A stretch of 64,000 nucleotides of DNA from the NCBI GenBank assembly GCA_965232515.1, contig CBDDPY010000002.1, positions 5,408,001 through 5,472,000 of the forward strand, given 5' to 3'. Shown here in pieces: positions 1 through 8,850 of the stretch (the first letter of the stretch is position 1; each line of letters starts with the position of its first letter). A program made the translations under genes and the position numbers. A model generated the notes under the pieces. It was not told the DNA's origin. It did not search any database and saw only the letters and a list, made by a program, of their open reading frames with translations. The DNA is from Alphaproteobacteria bacterium (GTDB lineage Bacteria; Pseudomonadota; Alphaproteobacteria; GCA-2731375).

Positions 1-2
1 CG

Positions 3-806
3 TCAGGCAATAACCCGAATGACGCGGCTGTCGGGATGCAGCAGGATCTCGCTGAAACCGTAGTCGGCGGCGGCCGGGATGCGCATGACGCGGCCCTCGT
101 CGTGCGGTGTGATTTGTGGCTGGACGGTAACGACGGTCGCATCCGCCGCCGCCGCCATCGCCGACGCAGTGTCCCGCGAGCGGGCCAGCTTGCCGAGGTT
201 CGTGCGGGTCGGAAAGACGATTGAGCGGCGGCCGGCATCGGCTTCGGTGAGCGCTTGCGCCGGCGCGATCCACTCCGACTCCAGCGTCTCTTCGCCGTCG
301 TGAAGTGCTACCTGGTCCGGCGGCGCGGCGGCCAGGAAGAACTGCGTATCGAAGATCTTCGGCTGCTGCTTCGGCGTAATCCAGTGCGCGAAGCGGACCA
401 GGCGGTCGCAGGCGAGATGCAGATTTTCGCGCCGGCACAGCTCGGCCAAAGTCGTCTCGCCGGCGACCAGCGGCTTGCGCAAGGCATCGAGCGCCTCGAC
501 GCGGGCGGCGGGCAGCAGCTCGGTCTCGCCGTCGGCCCGGGCCAGCAGCACGCCGGCCTCCTCGAAGGCCTCGCGGATCGCGGCGACGCGAAACTGCAGC
601 TCGACATCGCCCAGGCCGTCGGCGCCGTCACAGAATTCGCGCAGCTCGGGCGCGGCGTCGTTTGCGTCGACCTTGCCGCCGGGGAACACCAGCGCGCCCG
701 AGAACGAGTCGATCTCGTAGTGCCTGCGCACCATGAAGACTTCCAGGCCGTCGTCGCCGTCGCGCAGCAGCAGCACGGTGGCCGCGGGAATGACAGGTGC
801 GGTCAT
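3..806 (-). CDS. NUDIX hydrolase (NUDT19-like, putative acyl-CoA diphosphatase)
   Basis: PAATVLLLRD, VFPGGKVD, AAIREAFEEAG Nudix box, HWITP and FDTQFF motifs; starts 10 nt after the LLM gene stop. Confidence 0.85.
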   Translation of the reverse strand: MTAPVIPAATVLLLRDGDDGLEVFMVRRHYEIDSFSGALVFPGGKVDANDAAPELREFCDGADGLGDVELQFRVAAIREAFEEAGVLLARADGETELLPAARVEALDALRKPLVAGETTLAELCRRENLHLACDRLVRFAHWITPKQQPKIFDTQFFLAAAPPDQVALHDGEETLESEWIAPAQALTEADAGRRSIVFPTRTNLGKLARSRDTASAMAAAADATVVTVQPQITPHDEGRVMRIPAAADYGFSEILLHPDSRVIRVIA

Positions 807-816
807 GTGCGGACAG

Positions 817-1911
817 TCAGGCGACCTGGCGGGCGCGTTCGGCCGCCGGCGCGGCGCGCTTCAGCTCCGGCATGACTTGGTCGGCGAACAGGCGCATGTT
901 GCGCTCCGCTTCGTCCGCCGGCATGCCGGCATAGCTGAACACGCCCACGAAATGGTCGGCGCCGGTGCGGTCCGAGACCTCCATGATCTTCTCGTAGCAC
1001 ATCTCGGGCGTGCCCCAGACCTGCAGGTTCATGAAGAATTCGATCGCCGCTTCGTCGCCGTACTTCTCCAGCTTATCGGCAAACTTGCCGTAATACTCAT
1101 AGCCCTTCGTGGTGCGCAGGTGGCCCTTGCCGAACTGGTAATGGTCCAGCACGGTCATCCAGTAGCCGCCGATATAGCGCCGCGCCATCTCGTAGGCGCG
1201 TTCGGGATCCTCGTCGCAGAAGGTCCAGCCGGCCGAGATCGGCGGCGGCGCCTCGGCGCCGTTCACCCGACGGAAGACCTGGCGGTAATTGTCCAGTTCC
1301 TTCTTCACCTCGTCCCAGGGCTTTTGCGGGATGATCAAGATGCCGATGCCGAGCTCGGCCATGATCTGCGAGGATTCCGGCGACACCGCCGCGGCGTAGG
1401 TGCGGCCGCGAAAGCTCTTGAATGGCGCCGGACGGATGTCGGCGCGGGCCTGCTGGACGAACGTGCCGTCATATTCGCAATAGCCCTGCTCAAGTCCCTT
1501 CAGCACCATCTCGGCGCATTCGACGAAGCGCGCCCGGCTCTCCTCCATGGGGATGCCGAAGCCGTCGAACTCGACCTTGCCGGCGCCGCGGCCGAGCCCC
1601 AGGATCACCCGGCCGTTGGAGATGTTATCGAGCATGGAGATCTCTTCGGCCGCCCGCATGGGGTCGTGCCAGGGCAGCACGATGACCATGGAGCCGAGCT
1701 GCGCCGTCTCGGTGCGGCCCGCCATGTAGGTCAGGAACTGATAGACATCGGGGCACATGGTGTAGTCGGTGAAATGGTGCTCGACGCCCCAGATCGACTG
1801 GAACCCCAGCGGCTCGGCCAGATCGGCCAGCTTCAGGTCGCTCTGATAGACCTCCAAGTCGCTCCGTTCACGGTGCGGATTCTGGAAAATCGCCGCCATT
1901 CCCACATGCAT
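817..1911 (-). CDS. LLM-class flavin-dependent oxidoreductase (luciferase-like monooxygenase)
   Basis: GFQSIWGVEHHF, LPWHDPMRAAEEISMLD, GRVILGLGRG; start moved to ATG 1911 (MHVG) with GAGGAG upstream. Confidence 0.88.
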   Translation of the reverse strand: MHVGMAAIFQNPHRERSDLEVYQSDLKLADLAEPLGFQSIWGVEHHFTDYTMCPDVYQFLTYMAGRTETAQLGSMVIVLPWHDPMRAAEEISMLDNISNGRVILGLGRGAGKVEFDGFGIPMEESRARFVECAEMVLKGLEQGYCEYDGTFVQQARADIRPAPFKSFRGRTYAAAVSPESSQIMAELGIGILIIPQKPWDEVKKELDNYRQVFRRVNGAEAPPPISAGWTFCDEDPERAYEMARRYIGGYWMTVLDHYQFGKGHLRTTKGYEYYGKFADKLEKYGDEAAIEFFMNLQVWGTPEMCYEKIMEVSDRTGADHFVGVFSYAGMPADEAERNMRLFADQVMPELKRAAPAAERARQVA

Positions 1912-1987
1912 GCCGCTCTGCGCTCCTCGTGCCCCGTATCGTCGTTTGCTGGATCCGCGGTCAGGATGCCATAGGGCCTCTCGCGCG

Positions 1988-2001
1988 AACAAATGTTTGT
2001 T
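1988..2001. promoter_or_regulatory. Palindromic operator candidate AACAAA-TG-TTTGTT
   Basis: AT-rich 14-bp inverted repeat upstream of the LLM gene; near-identical copy at 58468-58481. Confidence 0.55.
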
Positions 2002-2054
2002 TCTCGAACCCCCGAGAGCGTCGGTTGCGGCTGTCACAAGGTCGTGAAGATTCG

Positions 2055-2069
2055 TTAACCATATATTCA
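2055..2069 (+). promoter_or_regulatory. CtrA-like box TTAA-N7-TTCA
   Basis: TTAAccatataTTCA, 1 mismatch to TTAA-N7-TTAA, includes TTAACCAT; adjacent GANTC at 2049-2053; upstream of a PleC/DivJ-type kinase. Confidence 0.55.
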
Positions 2070-2113
2070 AGGTCGCTTGTATAGCGTTAAGAGGCTGAAT
2101 TTATTGAGGAAAA

Positions 2114-4006
2114 ATGTCCTCGACCGCATTCCGCCGTTGGCTGCAGCTGGTGCCGGCATCCCTGCAATGCCGCATCTGCCGCCGAGTCGCGTTGCTGGTC
2201 TTCCTCAGCATCGTCGCCATCGAGGCGGCGATCCTGGTGCCGTCCTATCGAAATTACGAGCGCGATCTGCTGCAGCGGCTCGAGGACACCAGCCATGCCG
2301 CGATCCTGGCGGCGTTCAACCTGCACGGCCACGCGCGTCACCGGGATCTGCTGATCCTGGGACGCGCGCTCACGCGGATGACTGATATCCGTGGCGGCGC
2401 CCTCTACACGGCCGAAGGCGACGAGATCGGCAAGTTCGGCGAGACGCCGATGCTGACCTTGGCCGACCCTGGCGCCGCGGGAATCGGCCGTCGGCACCTG
2501 CGCAGCGCACGGCGCTACGAGGTGGCCTGGCCGGCGGCCGGCGGGTCGTTGCCCGTCGGCGTCGTCGTCCGCTTGGACAGCGCCTGGGTCGCCGACGAGC
2601 TGGTCAGTTTCGTCTGGCGCATTGGCGGCCTGGTGCTGTTGATTTCGGTCGTCGTCTGCGGCGGCGCCATGCTGGTGCTCAGCCGCACGGTGCTGGGGCC
2701 CATGCTCGACTTGCGCACGGCCCTGATGGCGGCCGGCGAGCGTCCCGCGGAGTCCGAGCGGCACATGCTGACGGTCGCACGACAGGACGAGCTTGGCGAT
2801 GTCGTCGATGCCGTGAACAAGCTGCTGTACCGGGTCTCGCGCACATTTCGGGAAGAGCTCGCGACCATGTTCGCCATGGTCGACGAGGCGAACGACGCGA
2901 TCCTGGCCTATGACGGCGGCGGACGCCTGATCTACGCCAACCATGCGGCCCTTGCGCTCTGCGGCTGTGAAAGCCTCGATGACCTTGTCGCAGCCGATCT
3001 GCCGCGGTTCCTTGAACACGATGACGACGCGGCCTGCACACTGACGGCGCTGTTGGCCGATGGCGCTTATGCCGGCGAGGTTACGCTGGTGGCGGCCGGC
3101 GGCCGGACGGTGCCCTGTCTCGTGAACGCGGCCACGCTCAGGGACGAGGAGGGCGCGCCGCTGCGCTATTTCACATCGATCCTCGACATTTCCGAGATCC
3201 GCGACGCGCGCGAGCAGCTGCAACAGCAGAACCTGGAACTGGCCACCGCCGACCGGGCCAAGTCCGAGTTCCTGGCGAATATGAGCCACGAGCTGCGGAC
3301 GCCGCTCAACGCCATCATCGGCTTTTCCGAGATTATGACCGAGAGCGCGCGGGCCGGCGCGCCGCCGGACAAGATCGGCGAGTATGCCCGGGACATCAAC
3401 AACGCCGGCACGCATCTGCTGGGCATCATCAACGATATCCTCGATCTCTCGAAGATCGAGGCCGGCCGCATGAAGCTGCATTGCGAACCGGTGACACTGC
3501 CGGAGACGGCGGCGGCGAGTGTCGCGCTGATCCGCGGACGGGCCGAGGCGGCGGGCGTCGATGTCAGGCTCGATCTGCCGGCGACACTGCGGCCGCTTAC
3601 CGCCGATCCGGTGAAGTTGAAACAGATTCTGCTGAACCTGTTGTCCAATGCCGTGAAGTTCACCGAGACCGGGGGCTCCGTGACGTTGTCGGCGCGGGCC
3701 GAAGCCGACGGCCTGGCCGTTGAGGTGACCGATACCGGCATCGGCATCGCATCCCACGACATCCCCAAGGCCATGGCGCCGTTCAGTCAGGTCGACAACG
3801 CCATGTCCCGCCGCTTCGAGGGCACGGGCCTGGGATTGCCGTTATCGAAGGCGCTGGTCGACCTGCATGGCGGATCGCTCGAGCTGGAGAGTGAGCCGGG
3901 GCGCGGCACGACGGTGCGGATCTGGCTGCCCAGCGACGGTGCGGCCCGGCAGATCGGCGATCAGGCGTTGAAGTCGCCCGGCTCCAGCAGCCGCGACGCG
4001 GCATAG
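2114..4006 (+). CDS. Membrane sensor histidine kinase (TM-HAMP-PAS-HisKA-HATPase), PleC/DivJ-like H-box
   Basis: AKSEFLANMSHELRTPLNAIIGFSE, NLLSNAVKFT, DTGIG, GTGLGL; two hydrophobic segments; QDELG HAMP motif; PAS region. Confidence 0.92.
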   Translation: MSSTAFRRWLQLVPASLQCRICRRVALLVFLSIVAIEAAILVPSYRNYERDLLQRLEDTSHAAILAAFNLHGHARHRDLLILGRALTRMTDIRGGALYTAEGDEIGKFGETPMLTLADPGAAGIGRRHLRSARRYEVAWPAAGGSLPVGVVVRLDSAWVADELVSFVWRIGGLVLLISVVVCGGAMLVLSRTVLGPMLDLRTALMAAGERPAESERHMLTVARQDELGDVVDAVNKLLYRVSRTFREELATMFAMVDEANDAILAYDGGGRLIYANHAALALCGCESLDDLVAADLPRFLEHDDDAACTLTALLADGAYAGEVTLVAAGGRTVPCLVNAATLRDEEGAPLRYFTSILDISEIRDAREQLQQQNLELATADRAKSEFLANMSHELRTPLNAIIGFSEIMTESARAGAPPDKIGEYARDINNAGTHLLGIINDILDLSKIEAGRMKLHCEPVTLPETAAASVALIRGRAEAAGVDVRLDLPATLRPLTADPVKLKQILLNLLSNAVKFTETGGSVTLSARAEADGLAVEVTDTGIGIASHDIPKAMAPFSQVDNAMSRRFEGTGLGLPLSKALVDLHGGSLELESEPGRGTTVRIWLPSDGAARQIGDQALKSPGSSSRDAA

Positions 4007-5181
4007 CCGAACACCAGGCCCCAGAAAGCGGCGCCGATATTGAAGATGGTCACGTCGGAGATCGTGACCAGGAAGGTGACCAGCGCGCCGAGTCGGAACG
4101 ATCCGCCAAACGCCGTTGTAAAGGCGCTCTGCAGCACGCCGAGCAGGGCGAGACCGCCCAGCATGCCGATAAAGGCGGCCGGTACGGCCAGGCCCAGGCT
4201 GGCCGTGACCGGCGCGAACACGCCGAACAGCAGCATCAACAGGCCGAACGTGATCCCGCCGACATAGCGTCGTTCCGGCGCGCCGGACGCGTTCAGGATG
4301 GCGTTCGACGGCCCGGTGACGCAGGCCGGCACCGAACCGAGCAGACCGAAGAAGAAGCTGCCGACGCCCGACGCCAGCGTCAGCATGTTCTGCGGCGGCC
4401 GATAGCCGGCGTCGCGCAGGATCACGAAGCCTTGCGCGTTCTGGATGCCGACGACGGTGATGGTCAGCGGCAGCACCAGCTCGGCCAACGCGGCCCAGGA
4501 AAACTCCGGCCGGAAAAGGATCGGCTGCGCCAGGGTGAAGCTGATCGGCCGGTCCGGCGACAGGCCGCCGGAGACCGCGATCACGACGCTGCCGGCCAGC
4601 AGCGCCACCAGCACCGGCGGCACGATCTGCGCGAGGCGCCCGGCCGCCGACATCAGTACGAAACCGGCCAGCATGGCGAGCGCGATCCACCAGGCCTGTT
4701 GGAAGGCGGTGATGATGTTCAGCCCCAGAGGCAGGAACACGCCGGCGACCATGGCCATGACGATGGGCAGCGGAAACAGCGCCATGACGCGCGCGACCCA
4801 GCCGGTGACGCCGAGGAGCGTGATCAGCGCCGCCGTCGCCATGTAGGCGAAGACGATTTCGTTCAGACTGAGATGCTCGAGCGCCGGCCCCAGCAGCACG
4901 GTGCCGGGGATGGTCCAGGCCATGGCGATCGGCATGCGGTAGAGCAGGCTGAACAGCACCGACATGACGCCGCCGATGCCGTAGGCGGCGAAGATCCAGG
5001 AGCCGATCTCGGCCTCGCGCAGTCCGCCCTCGCTGGCGACGGTCAGGATGATCGCGAGCGGACCGGTGGTCGCGAACAGAAAGGCGACGAAGCCGTTCAC
5101 CAGGCCATGATGATTGATGTCGCGGAGGAGTTCGCCGACTCGCGGCGCCGGCGCTTCCGCGGGTTCCAGTCTGCCTTTCAC
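3961..5181 (-). CDS. Benzoate/H+ symporter BenE family transporter
   Basis: Polytopic hydrophobic protein with YRMPIAMAWTIPG, AMVAGVFL, QNAQG, IGAAFWGL; 3' end overlaps the kinase gene by 46 bp. Confidence 0.85.
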   Translation of the reverse strand: MKGRLEPAEAPAPRVGELLRDINHHGLVNGFVAFLFATTGPLAIILTVASEGGLREAEIGSWIFAAYGIGGVMSVLFSLLYRMPIAMAWTIPGTVLLGPALEHLSLNEIVFAYMATAALITLLGVTGWVARVMALFPLPIVMAMVAGVFLPLGLNIITAFQQAWWIALAMLAGFVLMSAAGRLAQIVPPVLVALLAGSVVIAVSGGLSPDRPISFTLAQPILFRPEFSWAALAELVLPLTITVVGIQNAQGFVILRDAGYRPPQNMLTLASGVGSFFFGLLGSVPACVTGPSNAILNASGAPERRYVGGITFGLLMLLFGVFAPVTASLGLAVPAAFIGMLGGLALLGVLQSAFTTAFGGSFRLGALVTFLVTISDVTIFNIGAAFWGLVFGYAASRLLEPGDFNA

Positions 5182-5408
5182 CGTCGGCGTCTCGCCTTCC
5201 CCCCAAATGCGGCCGGCGTCGACAACCGGCCCAGCGAGACCGAATCGGCCTCCGAGACGAGGCTAACATGCTGAATCTCAGGCGCAAATTCGTTGTCTGT
5301 GACCTATTTCACAGCCCCGCGAAATAGATCGGTTAATACTGATGAAGCTTGTCCCGATGTCGGAAAGGGCAGGCGTTGGAGGTCACCGGTCGGAGGGGGG
5401 GAAAGACG

Positions 5409-5777
5409 ATGACGGACCTCAAAACCAAGGTCAAAGCCAATCTCAACGCGGATCTGAACGACGTATCGTTCGAGGTGCTGTTGCGCGACGACACCGAACG
5501 CGCAAAGCGCGCCGGCGATATGGCGGACAAGAAGGTCGAGCTCGAAGATCTCCGCCAGTGTTTGAACTGGTTCGCTGCCCGCGGCATTACTGTCAAGGCG
5601 ACGCGTTCCGGACTGCACTGCGAGACACCCCGGGAAATGTTCGAGTTCCTGTTCGGCGTGACGCTGCACCGTCGCGTGTCGGCCGCGGGTTCGCCGGTCT
5701 TCGAGATCGACGGCACACTCAAGTTGCCGCGCGAGCTCGCGTCTTTGATCGACCGGATCTGCCTGCAGCCGAACTGA
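5409..5777 (+). CDS. Hypothetical protein resembling a peptidase S53/S8 prodomain
   Basis: GGAGG RBS then ATG 5409; pattern WFAARGITV...FEFLFGVTL...LKLPRELASLID. Confidence 0.6.
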   Translation: MTDLKTKVKANLNADLNDVSFEVLLRDDTERAKRAGDMADKKVELEDLRQCLNWFAARGITVKATRSGLHCETPREMFEFLFGVTLHRRVSAAGSPVFEIDGTLKLPRELASLIDRICLQPN

Positions 5778-5957
5778 CCTCCGGACCCGGCCGGCGGCCG
5801 ACCGCCGTAGGATCGCGACACGAAACCTGCGCGACGGTTGCTCGACCGGCCGCGAGTGCCGTGCTAGTGCCATGCAAATGCCACGAATGTTGACGGGGAT
5901 TGCCGGTACAACAGGCAACGTGCGCCACGATCGAAGCATCCGTTTCGGAGCGAAAAC

Positions 5958-6740
5958 ATGTTCAAGGACAAGGTCGCCATCGTCACCGGCTCGACCAGCG
6001 GCATCGGCTTGGGCATTGCCCGGTCGCTGGCCGCGGAGGGCTGCAAGGTGGTGCTGAACGGGCGTAAGTCGACGCCCGAGAATGACCGGCTCTGCGCCGA
6101 GCTGGCCGATGAAACAGGCGCCGAAATCGTATTCGGCGCGGCCGACATGGGCGAGCCGGCACAGATCGCCGATATGATCTCGACGGTGACGGTGCGTTTC
6201 GGCGGCTGCGATATCCTTATCAACAACGCCGGTATCCAGCACGTCGCGCCGATTGACGAATTCCCCGACGACCGCTGGGATCTGGTCATCGCCACCAATC
6301 TCAGCGCCGCGTTCCACACCACCAAGGCCGTGCTGCCGGGCATGCGCGACAAGGGCTGGGGCCGGATCATCAACATCGCCTCGGCGCACGGCCTGGTCGC
6401 CTCGGCCTATAAATCTGCCTACGTCGCCGCCAAACACGGCATTGTCGGCCTGACCAAGGTGACCGCGCTCGAGGTCGCCGAGCAGGGCGTGACGGCGAAC
6501 GCGATCTGTCCCGGCTATGTCTGGACGCCGCTGGTAGAGAAGCAGATCCCCGATCAGGCGAAGACGCACGACATGTCCGAGGCGGATGTGATCCGGAACG
6601 TTCTGCTGTCGAACCAGCCGAACAAGAAATTCGCCACCGTCGAGGAGGTCGGGGCGCTCGCCGTGTTCCTGGCCTCGGACGCCGCTGCCTCGATTACCGG
6701 TACGGCGCTGCCGGTCGACGGCGGCTGGACGGCGCACTGA
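5958..6740 (+). CDS. bdhA: 3-hydroxybutyrate dehydrogenase (SDR)
   Basis: TGSTSGIG, NNAGIQHVAPI, SAHGLVAS.YKSAYVAAKHG, ICPGYVWTPLV, DGGWTA. Confidence 0.95.
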   Translation: MFKDKVAIVTGSTSGIGLGIARSLAAEGCKVVLNGRKSTPENDRLCAELADETGAEIVFGAADMGEPAQIADMISTVTVRFGGCDILINNAGIQHVAPIDEFPDDRWDLVIATNLSAAFHTTKAVLPGMRDKGWGRIINIASAHGLVASAYKSAYVAAKHGIVGLTKVTALEVAEQGVTANAICPGYVWTPLVEKQIPDQAKTHDMSEADVIRNVLLSNQPNKKFATVEEVGALAVFLASDAAASITGTALPVDGGWTAH

Positions 6741-6763
6741 CGCGGCGCGCCGGAGACCGGCAC

Positions 6764-7834
6764 ATGTCAGGCAAGCAAGCGGCGGCGGGATCGCGCAACG
6801 GCCGGGCCGGCCGGACGTCGCGCAAAAGAAAGCCGATCAATCTCGCCCTGCAGGGCGGCGGCGCGCACGGCGCCTTCGCCTGGGGCGTGATCGACATGCT
6901 CTTGCAGGAGGACTGCCTCGATATCGAGGCCATTGTCGGCACCTCGGCCGGCGCCATGAATGCCGCGGTCACGGCCTGCGGTCTGTATCAGGGAGGGCCC
7001 GAGGGCGCGCGCGAGCGGCTGCGGGAATTTTGGACGCTGGTCTCGAAGTCCGCCAAGCTGTCGCCGCTGCAGCCGACGCCATGGGACAAGCTGTTCGGCA
7101 ACGGTAACCTGGAATTCTCGCCGGGCTACCAGGCGTTCGACGCCATCTCGCGCATGCTTTCGCCGTACCAGCTCAATCCCCTGAACTACAATCCGGTCAA
7201 GGAAGTCCTGGAAACGGTTATCGATTGCAATCGCCTGCACGGGCAGAACCGGGTCAAGCTGTTCATCTGCGCCACCAACGTGTTGAGCGGCAAGATCCGG
7301 GTTTTCGACAACGACGACGTGACGACCGATGCCGTGCTGGCGTCGGCCTGCCTGCCGTACATGTTCCAAGCCGTGGAGATCGACGGCGAGTACTATTGGG
7401 ACGGCGGTTACATGGGCAACCCGCCGATCTATCCGCTGATCTACGACGCCGCCTGCCGCGATGTCCTGATCATCCAGATCAATCCCATCAAGATACCGGA
7501 GCTGCCGACGACCGCGCAGGCGATCCTCGATCGCATCAACACGCTCAGCTTCAATTCCAGCCTGATGCGCGAGATGCGCGCCATCAACTTCGTCACCAGG
7601 CTGATCGACGCCGGCTTCGACGACGGCGGCCGGCTGAAGCGCATGCTGCTGCATACCGTTGATGCCGAGGACGTGCTGTCGAAGATGGGCGTCTCGTCCA
7701 AGCTCAACGCCGATTGGGATTTCCTCATGCACCTGTTCGAGCTCGGCCGAGAGCGCGGCATGCAGTTTCTGGACAGGCACTACGACAAGATCGGGAAGGA
7801 ATCGTCAACCGACATCGCCGAGAGGTTTTTGTGA
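6764..7834 (+). CDS. Patatin-like phospholipase/esterase (possible PHB depolymerase)
   Basis: LALQGGGAHGAF oxyanion motif, GTSAG catalytic Ser, WDGG catalytic Asp. Confidence 0.9.
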   Translation: MSGKQAAAGSRNGRAGRTSRKRKPINLALQGGGAHGAFAWGVIDMLLQEDCLDIEAIVGTSAGAMNAAVTACGLYQGGPEGARERLREFWTLVSKSAKLSPLQPTPWDKLFGNGNLEFSPGYQAFDAISRMLSPYQLNPLNYNPVKEVLETVIDCNRLHGQNRVKLFICATNVLSGKIRVFDNDDVTTDAVLASACLPYMFQAVEIDGEYYWDGGYMGNPPIYPLIYDAACRDVLIIQINPIKIPELPTTAQAILDRINTLSFNSSLMREMRAINFVTRLIDAGFDDGGRLKRMLLHTVDAEDVLSKMGVSSKLNADWDFLMHLFELGRERGMQFLDRHYDKIGKESSTDIAERFL

Positions 7835-7948
7835 AGCCGGACGGTGCGGCCGGAACGTCGGGTGAGGTCCCAGTCTACCCGCCGTCCCGGCCGGCTGTAC
7901 GGCCATGGTCGTGAGACCGCGGCCGTTTCCAGGCGATCTTGGTAACCG

Positions 7949-8824
7949 TCAGGGCTTCTTGTAGGGCGGGTCGCTGGCGTGGACCGTGATGAAGTCATCC
8001 AGCGCTTCCGTCAGAATGCTCTGACACGAACGGTGCAGGCGGTCGGAGATGTCCCGCAGCCGGTGATGCCGATCGGGATCGAGGCGCAGTGTCATCGCGC
8101 GCCGCCGCGATTTCGACCGACGCGGACGTCGTTTCAGGATCTGGGCGGCGACGGCTTCCCGCGCGCCGGCCAATGACAGCGTCGGCGCCTTGCCGGCCGA
8201 TGCCGGTGCCGGTGCCTCCGGCGTGGGCGGCGGCGCGACTTCCGAAGCCGGGGTCGGCATCGAAGTTTCGGCTGCCGGCGTCTCCGGTCGCGACGTCTCC
8301 GGCGCCGTTGACTGCGGCGCCGGCGGCTCCGGCGGGGTCGGCGCGGCCTCCTCTGGCGAGGGCGGCCGGTTGCGGCGGCCGAAAATCTTACCGTAGGCCA
8401 GCGGCGGCACCTTGCGTCCCGCCGGCCCGCGGGTGTTCGTCGCCGGTGGCCGCTCGGTGCTGGGCGCCGCGACGGTCGGTTCCGCGTCGGCCGGACCGTC
8501 TTGATCGGCGGCCGGCGAAAGCGGTTGCAACGGCGCGACGCTCGGCACCAGCGGATGGCTCGGCGTCGCCGTCGACCGCGTCATCGGCGCGGTGGTCAAC
8601 GCATCAGCCGTGTCCTTCGTCATGACCGGCGGCGCGACGCTGGGCGCCTCGGCCTCGGTTTCGGCCTCGACGGTCGTCGTGGCAGCCGGCGCCGGCGATG
8701 GCGGGCTCGGATCGCCCCCCATGTGACCGTCGGGTTGATTCATATCGACGTCGTCGTCGAGGTTCGAGCCACGTTCACGCAGCAGGAGGCCAGCGTGAAG
8801 GGTGGCAAATTTGACTTTGCCCAT
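7949..8824 (-). CDS. ParA partner: Pro/Ala/Thr-rich disordered protein with C-terminal ribbon-helix-helix domain
   Basis: C-terminal RRAMTLRLDPDRHHRLR...SCQSILTEALDDF; directly downstream of parA with GAAGGGG RBS. Confidence 0.7.
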   Translation of the reverse strand: MGKVKFATLHAGLLLRERGSNLDDDVDMNQPDGHMGGDPSPPSPAPAATTTVEAETEAEAPSVAPPVMTKDTADALTTAPMTRSTATPSHPLVPSVAPLQPLSPAADQDGPADAEPTVAAPSTERPPATNTRGPAGRKVPPLAYGKIFGRRNRPPSPEEAAPTPPEPPAPQSTAPETSRPETPAAETSMPTPASEVAPPPTPEAPAPASAGKAPTLSLAGAREAVAAQILKRRPRRSKSRRRAMTLRLDPDRHHRLRDISDRLHRSCQSILTEALDDFITVHASDPPYKKP

Positions 8825-8850
8825 GATCGTCTACCCCTTCGCTCGCGCAG

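Noticed and set aside
3961-4006. 46-bp convergent overlap of the kinase and benE-like genes
   Set aside because: Involves only unconserved C-terminal tails; common in GC-rich genomes
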